From Candidatus Aenigmatarchaeota archaeon (GTDB lineage Archaea > Aenigmatarchaeota > Aenigmatarchaeia > GW2011-AR5 > JAGGXF01), in NCBI GenBank assembly GCA_021163205.1, contig JAGGXF010000021.1, forward strand, positions 1-46,452: 46,452 nucleotides of DNA, read 5' to 3'. Within the stretch, counting starts at the first letter, position 1. Each line of letters begins with the position of its first letter. A program made the position numbers and the translations under genes. The notes below the pieces were generated by a model that ran no database searches, was not told where the DNA came from, and saw only the letters and a list, made by a program, of their open reading frames with translations. Below are positions 1 through 11,300 of the stretch, piece by piece.

Positions 1-2446
1 AAGTTTTCACAATTGTTTCATTTATTCCCACGACACTTTGTGTTCCAGACTCTTGGTCAGAGGATGTCCAGTTAGAAACAGAAACTAGGTTAACATCCTC
101 GGCAGGGCCATAAGAATCGCTGACGGTGTAAAATACGAAAGACGCATTTCCAACTACATTGAAAGTATACGAAGAACTAGACCCAAGATTTCCGAGAGAA
201 TCGTTGGCCCATATTTTATAACTATAGGTACCTTTCTGCCAAGTATTGGAAAAATTATATTGATACCTATCTTCGGATATGTTGATCATTGTAAAGTTTT
301 CTTTGTTGCTATTCGGATATGTTATCTCAAGATTAACTACATCTATCCCATTATCTTCGGGGTCTGTAACATTTGCCTCTATAGTTATATTCTGATCATA
401 GCCAGTGGGATCAGGAGAATCCTGAATATTTGAAAATGTTGGTGGGTTGGTATCTGGTCCGTAAGTGAAATAAACCGTATTTGATTCTCGCATAGCCCCT
501 TCTGTATCGTTGCAATAAAAGATTATATTGTGTTGCCCTTCTGACAATCCCGAGACATTGGAATAGAAGTATGTTAAGTTGTATCTTGTCATAGATACAT
601 TTGCGTTGCCATCCAGAGAATAGCCACACCAATCTCCTGACTCGTCTAGACTAACATTTGCCCACACCCAGTCTTTGTCGTAGGTACGATTTGTGGGAGA
701 TATTATAGTTATATATGGAGCTTTGTTGGTAACATTTACCCCCCTGGTCGTGGGGGAATCATAAGACGACGGGTTATTCGCTGTTATCTTACAGCCGACC
801 GTATATTCATTTCTATCTCTACCCGTTACATTAAAAGTTCTTGTTGTTGAAGAACCTGCCGACATAGAAGATATCGAATAGTTACTAACATTTGTGTAAA
901 GTGGACTAGCCGAGCTAGTATTCATGGTTGTATTTGGTGTACAAGTCATGCTTCCTGAACAATAACGAACATATACAACTATGTTGTCACATGTTGTGTC
1001 CTCATTAGTGCAGTTAATTTGACACTCTAACTCAAAGGTGTCGTTCTCTTCCACGTTTATATTTGTCGTTGGTTTTGTCAAATCTACGGTGGCGTTAGAA
1101 ACATCGTTGTAATGTACTTGCAACCAGATTCCATCGTATTCAACTACATCCCACCAGTCGTTGTTGTCTGTACTCGTATCGTCAAAACCGTGTGTTTCCA
1201 GTCTTGTTCTTAGATCATTGTTGTTTTGTGTAAGCCCGTTTAGGATGTTAGTCCAGTCTGGACTATTACTATCCCATGTATAAGATTGGTTTCCAGCTCC
1301 ATTTAGATCAGTCCACCAGTCTCCATCATATATGGTGCCCATGCCGGAGTCTGTGTCTGTCCCAAGCGAGCACCGTGCCCTTGGGAAGCCATCTCCGGTA
1401 TTTCCATCTACTGTATTTGATGTGAAATGAACAATACATTTGATCCATGTTATTTCTATGTCAGAACTATTTGGTGTGAAGTTAAAGTCAACAACATCCT
1501 GATAGTCTGTGGTCAGCACTTTATTCTGTGGACTGCCACCATTGTAAGAAGATAATGTAACCGTCCCTGTTTCATAGTCAGTGCTGTACCATGTTTCTGA
1601 GCCTGTGTGTATTAACATACCGAGACCAAACTCACCTGTTTTAGTTATGGTAAGGGGTGGGTTTACAAACAAGAACGCTGTTGTTAGCATAAATAAGGAT
1701 ATTGCAACAGAAAACTTCAGTGGCAATAGCTTCTTTGTGAGAATAAACTGTCTAACAGCCAGACAAGTCGAAGCCACAATAATGACACTTATCACAGCAC
1801 TGTGCCAATAATTGAGACCCGCCCCGCCACGGAGCACGTCAAACGATATGGTGAGGATATTAGGTATTTCTTCTAGGAAGAATCGCCCAAACAAAGGCAG
1901 TGATAAAGACATGAAAGCAGCATACTTAAGCTCAGTCCTGCTGAAATGTAAAACATCTCTAAAAATGTAGTAACTCATTCTTATTACTAAAATAAAAGCC
2001 GGAATCCATGAAAAGTGTATTACAACACCAGCAAGTCTGAGTGTTGGCAATAATAAATGTGGTATGTCCATCAAAGGCATAAGCGCCCAGACGACCCACA
2101 GGTGGAGAACAGCTCTTTCTATCTGATGTAAACCTACCTTTTTCTTGAACAGCCGAGCTATGAAATAAAAACCAAGACTGCCTACGATCCACAAACCAAG
2201 TGAGTAGGCGGCATGGGTAAGGAATGCATAAGGTGCATATATCTCTAGAAATATATTGTCTCCGCGTACGATAAATACGTGAAGGATAAGCCAAATGCAA
2301 CCCCAGAAGAGCATAAATGGGGTGATTAATAAGTAGTTTAATTTTTTGTTTTTAATGTGCTGAAAAGCCGAGCTCGGAGTAAAGAAAGGTAACAACAATT
2401 TTTTGATAGCTTTATTTGCATTAATTTTCTTCTTGTTGTTTTTCAT
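1..2446 (-). CDS. Partial (runs off the window start) large surface protein: N-terminal Yip1-like multi-TM domain followed by extracellular beta-rich/Ig-like domains, >=815 aa
   Basis: Absent from the ORF track because no stop falls in the window. ATG at 2446 overlaps the upstream TGA (ATGA). Manual translation is open to base 2: MKNNKKKINANKAIKKLLLPFFTPSSAFQHIK..., several hydrophobic helices, then DTNPPTFSNIQDSPDPTGYDQNITIEANVTD...WQKGTYSYKIWANDSLGN, which resembles Ig modules of the 3759-aa protein. Many N-x-S/T sequons. Confidence 0.85.
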   Translation of the reverse strand, partial: MKNNKKKINANKAIKKLLLPFFTPSSAFQHIKNKKLNYLLITPFMLFWGCIWLILHVFIVRGDNIFLEIYAPYAFLTHAAYSLGLWIVGSLGFYFIARLFKKKVGLHQIERAVLHLWVVWALMPLMDIPHLLLPTLRLAGVVIHFSWIPAFILVIRMSYYIFRDVLHFSRTELKYAAFMSLSLPLFGRFFLEEIPNILTISFDVLRGGAGLNYWHSAVISVIIVASTCLAVRQFILTKKLLPLKFSVAISLFMLTTAFLFVNPPLTITKTGEFGLGMLIHTGSETWYSTDYETGTVTLSSYNGGSPQNKVLTTDYQDVVDFNFTPNSSDIEITWIKCIVHFTSNTVDGNTGDGFPRARCSLGTDTDSGMGTIYDGDWWTDLNGAGNQSYTWDSNSPDWTNILNGLTQNNNDLRTRLETHGFDDTSTDNNDWWDVVEYDGIWLQVHYNDVSNATVDLTKPTTNINVEENDTFELECQINCTNEDTTCDNIVVYVRYCSGSMTCTPNTTMNTSSASPLYTNVSNYSISSMSAGSSTTRTFNVTGRDRNEYTVGCKITANNPSSYDSPTTRGVNVTNKAPYITIISPTNRTYDKDWVWANVSLDESGDWCGYSLDGNANVSMTRYNLTYFYSNVSGLSEGQHNIIFYCNDTEGAMRESNTVYFTYGPDTNPPTFSNIQDSPDPTGYDQNITIEANVTDPEDNGIDVVNLEITYPNSNKENFTMINISEDRYQYNFSNTWQKGTYSYKIWANDSLGNLGSSSSYTFNVVGNASFVFYTVSDSYGPAEDVNLVSVSNWTSSDQESGTQSVVGINETIVKT

Positions 2447-3300
2447 ATCATCCATCCAGCCAAGCCAAATAAGCCATAAATTAAAAATTCATAAGATGAA
2501 TAGACTGGCGACAAGAATGGTCTTGTCGAGCTCAATCTTATTCGAACCAGATCCTTCTCTCTTGTGCACCTTAACGAAAACGTCCTGACAATCGAAAAAA
2601 TTGCAGTAACCAAAAAAATTGGATTGTAAAATGAAAACATAATTGATAAAATAATCGAAATGCACGGAAATACAAATAAAAGGTTCTTTGCTTTTTTCCT
2701 TGGCAACACACGCATCTCCCCAAAACTCTGGTCTACGATAATATGATGAACCTCCATATAACAGGCGAATAAAAATATAATGATAGACAAAAACAAGATG
2801 TTCCTTGTCAAAAACCCAGCAAAAATAAAATAGGATTCTAAGAATAATAGGGTCGCCGACAAAGGCAAGACAAGCCATCCGTATTTTTTGTTCTTTATAT
2901 CAAACTGTTCTGATGAATACACGAACGAAAACAAAACAAGTACCGTTGCCAGTAAAGCAGATTTTATACTGGATAATAAAAACAAAGGCCCAGTTATCAG
3001 CAAAAGAGGCAAGAAGCATAGAGCATGTGCCTGACTGACAGAAATATTTTTCTTTCTTATCTCTTCACCTATGAAACTCTTTTCTTTTTTCGCACTGAAA
3101 AAGTCGTTCAGCGAATAAGCAAACATTGCTATGCCAGCAACAACTATGGAGTTTAACAGAATAAGTTTAATGTATTTATGGACGAACAGGGGTTTGATGC
3201 CAAACATAGTGTACGCTAGAAATGAGTAAAGTGTTGGCTTTATCCAGGTCACCCTATTTTTCCATCCCCTTATCCTGTAGAATCTTAACCAGTCTATCAT
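2443..3300 (-). CDS. UbiA prenyltransferase-like integral membrane protein with degenerate Asp-rich motifs
   Basis: About 8 TM helices. AYSLNDFFSAKKE sits at the position of the NDxxDxxxD motif, FVYS matches the YS motif, and HHIIVDQSFGE sits at the second-motif position. ATGA overlaps on both sides. Confidence 0.6.
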   Translation of the reverse strand: MIDWLRFYRIRGWKNRVTWIKPTLYSFLAYTMFGIKPLFVHKYIKLILLNSIVVAGIAMFAYSLNDFFSAKKEKSFIGEEIRKKNISVSQAHALCFLPLLLITGPLFLLSSIKSALLATVLVLFSFVYSSEQFDIKNKKYGWLVLPLSATLLFLESYFIFAGFLTRNILFLSIIIFLFACYMEVHHIIVDQSFGEMRVLPRKKAKNLLFVFPCISIILSIMFSFYNPIFLVTAIFSIVRTFSLRCTREKDLVRIRLSSTRPFLSPVYSSYEFLIYGLFGLAGWMI

Positions 3301-4928
3301 TTATAATCACCGAAAAAATACGGTCTGTTTTCAAATTCTATAGTCTTGCCATCTATGATTATCACATATCTTCCATAAGCAGTTGGTGTAAGATTAAACT
3401 CGACCATTTTATTCATAGGTAAAAATCCAGCCGTTTTAATTGTGCTCTCTTTTATCTGGTCTTGCTTAGAATAGAGACCAAAAGACCAAAGCAGACAACT
3501 TATATATGTTGGGTGGATATCATAGGTTTTTCCTATTGTCTTCGTCTGTAGAGATAACATTATTTTGTTCATAAGTTCTTCATCATAGTTGAGATGCATC
3601 ATTATACCGGCACCGAAAGAACGATAAAAGAAGTTATTCTCAGTCATTTTCTGCATGATCCAAATAGTGGCTTTTTGTAGCGAACCAGTATCATTTATTA
3701 TACCTTTCTCAAGACCGCCTTCTAATGCCAGAGCAGCGTAGGCCGTGTTCATGAATTTAAGATTGTCTGTTTTTCCGTCCCATGAACCGTCTTCTATCTG
3801 AACAGTAACTAGAAAATCTAGTGCCTCTTTTATATTATCTTCTCCTGCGTCGCACCCAAGAAGCGCGAGTGTGTTTAGAATCGTGGACCGTAAAGCGGAA
3901 TCTCCTGAACCCCAAGAACCGTCTTCATGCTGATCGTTTATTATATGCTGAATGCCTTGCTCAATGAGTCTTTCGTTAATTGTTATGTTCTTTTTCTTTG
4001 CGAGACACATATCAACCAGGTACATCTCAGGCTTTTGCCAAAAATTCTTTTCTTCTTCGTCCAGAAGCCTTTCTATGAATTTTATCTGCTGCTCGGTTTG
4101 ATTATCTAGCACTTCAAGAAGAATAGAAACCATTCTTGAGTCTCTATACACATCAATTATTTCTGTATCATTTTCATTTATGACCTGGTTTAATAGAGCA
4201 GCCGTATCGACAGGTATTTTTCTTGGTGGGATTACATTTATGTTTACAAATTTTTTATTTGTTTTATCCTTGATGACAACCTTTCTGCCTTCTCGAAAAA
4301 TCTCGATGTTGTCGACTTTTCTCAAATAAAACTTATTTCCGACTTTTCTGGGCACTATTAAATTTATCTTATCAATCACAAAATCCATAATCTTATCAAA
4401 GCCCAAACGATCCAAAAATTTCTTTGCATCAAACGTAGTAGTTTCTTGCTCTTTTTCTGTTTGTTCTGTTTTATTTTCCTCTGTTTTTCCTTTTTCGGAC
4501 TCTTCTGAAGTTGTGTTTACTTGGGTGGTGTTGTCTGTTGCTATGACCGGTTCTTCTTCGGGACTACCAACGAAAAATTCTTTTCTAACCTCATTTTTTC
4601 TGTTTTTGAGCACAATTAGATACCTACCTTTTTTTGGGAACCCCTTTAAAAATATAAAGTAATGACCAGTGAAATCTGATAATGCTAGCTTTTCATATAA
4701 TTTTCTATCATCTTGGTTAAATATTGTCAGGTTAAAGATGGATCGGGGCTTGCTCTGAACAGTTATGAAAATGTTTTCACTTGGTTCGTAATAATCCTTG
4801 TTAGTTTTTATCCCAAGTCCTTTGTTATCTACCATAACACAAAAACATATGTTTGCTGAAAAAACAAAAACTAGGAACACCAACAAGAATGTTTTTTTCA
4901 AGACTCTATTTTTTGAATCAAATTTCAT
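3297..4928 (-). CDS. Exported protein: N-terminal MG2/Ig-like domain plus C-terminal prenyltransferase/squalene-oxidase (QW) repeat region
   Basis: Signal/TM at the N-terminus. KTNKDYYEPSENIFITV domain is paralogous to the adhesin N-terminus. Acidic linker. QW motifs DQHEDGSW and VQIEDGSW. Confidence 0.75.
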   Translation of the reverse strand: MKFDSKNRVLKKTFLLVFLVFVFSANICFCVMVDNKGLGIKTNKDYYEPSENIFITVQSKPRSIFNLTIFNQDDRKLYEKLALSDFTGHYFIFLKGFPKKGRYLIVLKNRKNEVRKEFFVGSPEEEPVIATDNTTQVNTTSEESEKGKTEENKTEQTEKEQETTTFDAKKFLDRLGFDKIMDFVIDKINLIVPRKVGNKFYLRKVDNIEIFREGRKVVIKDKTNKKFVNINVIPPRKIPVDTAALLNQVINENDTEIIDVYRDSRMVSILLEVLDNQTEQQIKFIERLLDEEEKNFWQKPEMYLVDMCLAKKKNITINERLIEQGIQHIINDQHEDGSWGSGDSALRSTILNTLALLGCDAGEDNIKEALDFLVTVQIEDGSWDGKTDNLKFMNTAYAALALEGGLEKGIINDTGSLQKATIWIMQKMTENNFFYRSFGAGIMMHLNYDEELMNKIMLSLQTKTIGKTYDIHPTYISCLLWSFGLYSKQDQIKESTIKTAGFLPMNKMVEFNLTPTAYGRYVIIIDGKTIEFENRPYFFGDYK

Positions 4929-4938
4929 TTTTATTACC

Positions 4939-5328
4939 CTACAATTTTTTGCAATTATTTATTGCTTCAGATTTTTCGGTCTCAATACAAATATAAGCAA
5001 TTACACTGCCTGTTATTGTCTTTATTGGCCACTTGCCGACCTTAACAGCCATCACGTGGATACCGTTTTTATTTTTTTCTAGTACCCGAATCCCCTTTGG
5101 CAATACTAAAAATACCTGGCCAACTGGATTTGCATTAAATAATATTGTTGCCTCTTCACCTATTCCCATCGCATAATTATTTCCCACTTTTTCTGCTGCC
5201 GGTATATCAAATCCCCTCAAAGAAAATCCGAGAAGCAACACTGCTAATATTAACAAAAATACTATTACTATAACTAACAACCTGGTTTTCATTCCAATTC
5301 TACTTGATTTCTTCTTCATATAAGCCAC
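4939..5328 (-). CDS. Small membrane-anchored hypothetical protein (start may be ATG 5319)
   Basis: Basic N-terminus, one long hydrophobic helix, short beta domain. Tightly packed between neighbouring genes. Confidence 0.7.
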   Translation of the reverse strand: MAYMKKKSSRIGMKTRLLVIVIVFLLILAVLLLGFSLRGFDIPAAEKVGNNYAMGIGEEATILFNANPVGQVFLVLPKGIRVLEKNKNGIHVMAVKVGKWPIKTITGSVIAYICIETEKSEAINNCKKL

Positions 5329-5334
5329 CTGTGA

Positions 5335-8300
5335 TTATTCTCCAGTTGCGTTGCCCATTATCCATATAGTGCCTTCGTAATCGCCTTTGTAAAGGCCGGG
5401 TGGAAGATCTAACCAGTAGTATGTAGTCACATTTGTTCCGGATGGTGTAAAACCTTTGATTTGAACCCAGTCATAATCTAGGGCGGTTTCTGTAGATATG
5501 TCATTCGTGGTCGAGGCAGACATGTTTGTAACACCGATATAATAATTCCCCCATGACTCAGTTGTCAGGTTCATGTCCGTGCCTTTTATGTACAAACCCT
5601 CAACATTGTTTGAATTCGGGTCGATTGTTATATTATATTGATTGTTGTCATTGCCCAAAGCACTGATGTTTTTTGTCAACGGCTGAGAACTACCAAAATC
5701 TATGTAGTCGAATGTTAAGCTAAGTATGAGCACAATGCCTATCTCTACGGTATGGTTTTCTGTATGGTTGGTCAATGAATACGTGGTCGAATTAAACTCA
5801 ACATCTATTTCATAAGCATCTGTAAGATTGCCCGTGCTGTTAATTGTCCAGGTAAGCGTGCAACTCGTGCCGTTGTACATATACTCAGGACAATGCTTTG
5901 TTTGATTATCACCGATTATAAAGAATGGAGTCGTGCCACTAGTGTTTGATATATATGTATCTGGCAAAGATGATGAAGCATTGTAGCGTGGAGTTCCTGT
6001 AACATAACCACATTCTCCTTCGAGGCACTGGACAGTTGCATTTATTACGAATGTCCTGTTCTGCGGGACTATTTGGTTGTCAAGAGGGGTTGCTAAACTT
6101 GGACTAAGATAACCGATTTTCGTTACATTGAATACAGAGTAGTCATAAGAGCCCGCGTTTTTCTGCGTTTCATTTGCCAAAAAGTATACAGGTAACTGCT
6201 CATCTTGTGAGGAGGTTGCGTTGAACACATAATTAAAAGTGGCTGTCTCCCCTTTCTTCAGAGTTCCGCCCAAAGTCGTGTCCCATGTGACGCGACCATC
6301 AGACCAGTTACCACCTGTACGGTTGGTTGTGCCTATTGAATACCAAACATCTGTGCCATTATCGATTTGCCAGTTGCTGTTTAGCCCTTCGTGGTAGACG
6401 ATATCTGTTGAGTCGATGTTCCACGTTGAGCCACCATCGTTTCTCACCTTTATCTCGACTCTGTATTGATAAGAGCCGTTGGTAACAAAATTAAATGTTT
6501 TGTTCAACCCCGAGTCAACCAGATCACCGCCTACATGCGTATTTGGAAGCCCGGTGACGTTATAAATTTTTATCTCGGTTATATTAGGCAATGGTGATGA
6601 CTGACCGCCACCAAAAGCATCGAACCTTGTAACGTTGAACCAGATATGTGTTGAATTCTCCTGAACATTATAATCTGCTGTATCGTTGACCTCCCAAGAA
6701 GAGCAACTACCTGCTGTAAAGTTCCAGTCTAAACAATGTAGTATGTTAGTGATATTAAGCCCTTTCTTGGGTATTACTAACATCGCGTGGTCATAACTAA
6801 GGCCAGAATCGTTGAGCGCAAAAATGCTAGTTACATTCTGAATCTTGGGCGGTATTGTCCCAGTATAGTTCTCAATAGTCTGTGGTTGCAGGCTCATATT
6901 TTCTGTTATGTTCAAATCTATAATTTTTGCTGTTAAGGTGTTCTGAACAGGCACAACTATTTCTACGGTATAGTTCTGATTTAGAGCCAGCTCGTCTGTT
7001 AACGTGTCGTCAGATGATGTTATGGTCTTATTAGAAACGACCTCTCCGAGATCGTCTATTATTGATATTATTGTGTTCTCGAATGTTGACGACGAATTTA
7101 TCACTGTTATGTTCACCTCTCTCGGTTCATACACGGAAAAGTTTCTCGTGTCCGACCACACAAGGTTCGCCCCATCGCTACAAGAGATTTCCCACACATG
7201 TTCGCCCAACGACAAGCCACTAGCAGCAAGGGTTGTCTCTGTTGCATTTAAAACAGATGAATTGGTTTGCTCGAGTCCGTAATCTACATATAGTGAGCAT
7301 GTCAGTGTAGAAGCAAAATTGTCTGTAACGTTGAACGTAAAATTTAATGTCGTGTCTGCTGTGTACATACCATTAAGCGGAAGAGAAAGGTTTATTTCTG
7401 GTGATACCGTGTCCACCACAAACACATAACTTTTATTTATCGGCTCGCCAGCGTCATCAGTAAGAACATTTTCATTTGAATCTGTCAACGCAACGTAAAT
7501 CTTATAATATCCTGTAGTTTGCGAGTCTGCATTCCATGGATTCTGATTATAAATAGAGCCAATGTTGAGGTAATCTCCGGAATTTATTACCCTTTTTGTC
7601 CCTGTGCTTGTATCGTTTATTTGCGTTGCTATAATTTCTCCTGTGTCATTTTTTTGCACTTGCATCAACAGATAGCCAGAAATATTGGTTGTACCTGTGT
7701 TGATTATTCTTGAGTTCTCTTCTTCATTTCCAACATTATAAATAGGTTCTGGCCAAATATGTTGTCTCATTTGCTTCCAACCCAAAAGATTTGTCTCGTC
7801 TCCGTTGCTGTCTTCCTCGTAATAAGGCCAGACTGGCTTGGTGCACTCCACCTCCCATCGGCCAGAAACATAAGTGTTATCATTTCCACAACCAAAACAA
7901 ATCTTATAGATTCCATTACTGCCGCTTGCAGAAGATGTTGCGACAACATCTCCAGATGAGTTATAAACAGTACAACTTGTGTCTGAATATGGGGTTGCTA
8001 TAGCAATATATTCTGCACTTAGAGAAGAACCAAACTTTGTAGTCATTTCTTTTATCGGGGCAAAAATTGTTGATTCTGTTCCGTCGTGGTCTGCTTGTTG
8101 TATAACTCCAATGGGATTAGAACCATTGATGACAAATGCCGGAGCTGAACCACTGTTTCCTAAGCTACTCAATTGATAATCTTCGTTAGCCGCTATGCTT
8201 GTATCCGTAGTCGCACCGGTATCACTGCGTGTGTATGTTATGTTCGCCCCGCTTGGTCCAGCAGCTGCTATCAAGTAGTTGCTTGGCACACCATACAAAG

Positions 8301-11300
8301 CTTCGGTGGTCGGTGGTAGCATTGAATATGCATCGTTTCCTGCGGAACCATAGTACGAAACAAGAATTGGTCTGTTGCTCACTATTCTTAGACCGGTATC
8401 GTCCGTAGCATCGAAAGTAATACATGTTCCTGTTGAGTTTACGGTTTCTGACCATTGCTTAGTCCCTGTGACATATATTGCTACTGACGCATTTCCAAAT
8501 GGAGCAAGCATACAAAACGTGTCTGATGAGTCTCTGAAACCGTCGTAGATAAACTCTGTTCCAGCCCATGAAATAGGAACAATCATGTCATCGATGTTAC
8601 CAGAACCCTCTATTTGAGCCAGGCATTTTGCCTTTATTGTTGTGTTTTGAGATAGACCAGATGATATTGTGGTTGATTCTAGCTCGTTAAGAGTATAACT
8701 ATTCGAACCAACTTGGATTTCATTGTTATCACACAAGCTCATAATTGACAAACCATTGCTCACAATCTTGTCGCTAGTTACATAACCAATAAGTCTCGGC
8801 TCTGAGTAGGAAAATGTTTCTGTTATGTTTGAGTCTGTTTCTGCATTTGGATTACCGTAGTACATATACACGATTGTATCAGAATTTGCAGGTATTGTTG
8901 GGACCTTTACCCAAATAGTTGAATTTTTTCCATTAATGTTACACTCTTCGATCCAGTACGGGATTTTTATTTCATTACCCGAAGAAGAATTGTACCAAGT
9001 AAATCTTAAGTCTTGGCAAGTTGTATTTAGCTTTCCTTCCTCATAAAGTTGTGTTAGATTTTCTTTTAGCTCGATCTGATATTCTTCCAATGGTGTTGAA
9101 GTGGGGTTGGCAACGTCAATCTCTTTTCTATAGCTCCAGTATCCGTCCCACCAGTGCTGTCCCTGAAGATAAACATTCTCGGAAGGTCCATAAATATCTT
9201 TGCTTGTTTTCAAAGCCATCGAAGCGTTTGCTCTTATGTAAAACTCATCTGGTTGAGAAGATGTGTTATTAACAAGCCCGGCTGTATTGTTTGTCCATAT
9301 CCAATAAGAATAATTACCCCACTGCCACAACGAAGATAGCACAGCCTCATACGTGTTTCCCAGTCCAGAGTAAACCATATTCAACCATTGCCACGTGTTA
9401 TCAGGAAAACTTATATTTACCCTGGCCAAATCTATCTGAACCCTACTCCAAATGTCAGCAAAAATGCTGACATTCTGTCCATAGCCAGTTGTCTGTGGCT
9501 GCGCTGAAACATTTTCTATTATGATTAAATCACTAACATCTATTGCCAGACTATCATTATAGCTTGGGTTCGTGTAAATAGATGAAGAACCTGAATATGT
9601 TGCGTTAATTATGTTGCTACCAAGACTGGCATTGTATGGTATTGTCGTGAATAAAACAGCATAGCCGGTGGAATTTGTAGTGTTCGATCCTAGAGTCAAC
9701 CCATCGAGTTTGAAAACTATTGTTTCACCTTCCACAGCAGAGCTGTTGTCATAAATAAGTCTTGCTTTTAGCTCTACTGCCTCGCTTCTATATGGGTTTG
9801 AATTGTTTATCCAAACATACGGCATCGATGTGTTTGCATATACGGTTACCGTTTTTGTTTCCCAGTCCGGCGCTTCCTCATCAGATTCCGATTTCAATTG
9901 GATTTGTTGCTGCCCCAGACTGGCATTAATAGAAACGTTCGCTGTTATATTGTTCCATAATATTTCAGATGGTCCGAGACTAGAGCTAAATACACTTAGG
10001 TTGCCGGTTTGATTTGTCCAATTAGACGGTAAACTCCAGTTTAGCCATAGATTATTTGTTGTGTCATCTGTGTTGTTCACATAACCTTTCAAATCCACCA
10101 GAGAATTTCTTGTTATGGTTGTTTTATATTCTGTAACCGTTACCCTCAGATGAGTTGGGCCGCGAACACTCAAAACCTGTGTTTGCTGGTTTGACCACGC
10201 CCTCTGTTCGTTGCCTGGGTTGTAATAGCTAACATTCACATTAATATCATAATCAGCCGGCGTTGTCGAGGAATTTGTTGTTATGTTAAATGATGCTGTT
10301 TTGCTATAACCTGGGGTTATATTATATAACAAGCAATATCCGTCCTGGTTTTCTTGTCCGCCCAAAGAACAATTACATGTCATGTTAACAGGACAATTGA
10401 TTGTGATGTTAACATCTGTTATATTTTTAGACCAAGGATTCGCTACCGTGAAATTATATGTGGAAGATTCATTCTGCACGATTTTATCCGGATATATAGC
10501 TGACGAAAAATTATCTGCGAGTTTATGAACAATGAATGAATAGCTTGTATTTTCTGATGGTGGTGTTCCACCTCCTGTCCAGTTGATTGTTATGTTCCAA
10601 CTATATGTGCCATGCATCGCGCTCGGAGGAATTATATAACCATCGGAGTTATTATTAAACTGCACCTCGCACAATTCACCCACGTTCACAGAGCCACAAT
10701 CTTTTGTTTCGTCTGGCCCCCAATTAACTTTCTGGCCGTCAGAGTCAATTATGTTCAGCGTCACGTTAACGGTATAAGCTGTTGCTCCTCCTGTATTGTT
10801 GACTGTTATGTTTATCCAGGATATTTTATCTCCTGACTCGTATTCATTTATGGTATATGTATAATTATTCTGGTGTTCTACTTCTGAGACACTCATTTTT
10901 GGCACCAATATTGTCACAATGGTGTGCGCCTCGTCATTACTTGTGGTGTTGTAAAACAAGGTCGAGTTGTCTTCTATTGTACAATTTACTGTGTGTGGGC
11001 CACCATCTAGCCCAGATGTGTTCCAGTGATAAACAGCATAGCCTGTTGAATTGGTGTTGTTTGTTCCCAACTCATTGCCATTATGCCAGAATTTAACAGG
11101 ATAGTCTTGAATTGCCTGGGTTGTGTTGACGTCTTTAACGAGGCATGTTAGGTTAACGATCGTACCTATAGGATAACTCCCATCATCAGGCGAAACCCAA
11201 GTTATGTTCGACCACCCATAAACTGTCCAAGTATTTGTTGTCCCATTGCCAAGATTTCCCGCAGAATCATTTGCGTAGACTGTAAAATTGTAAACTCCTA

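Noticed and set aside
411-2300. Short ORFs 411-632, 1581-1811 and 1959-2300
   Set aside because: They lie in alternative frames of the long partial ORF 1-2446, which has a coherent protein sequence.
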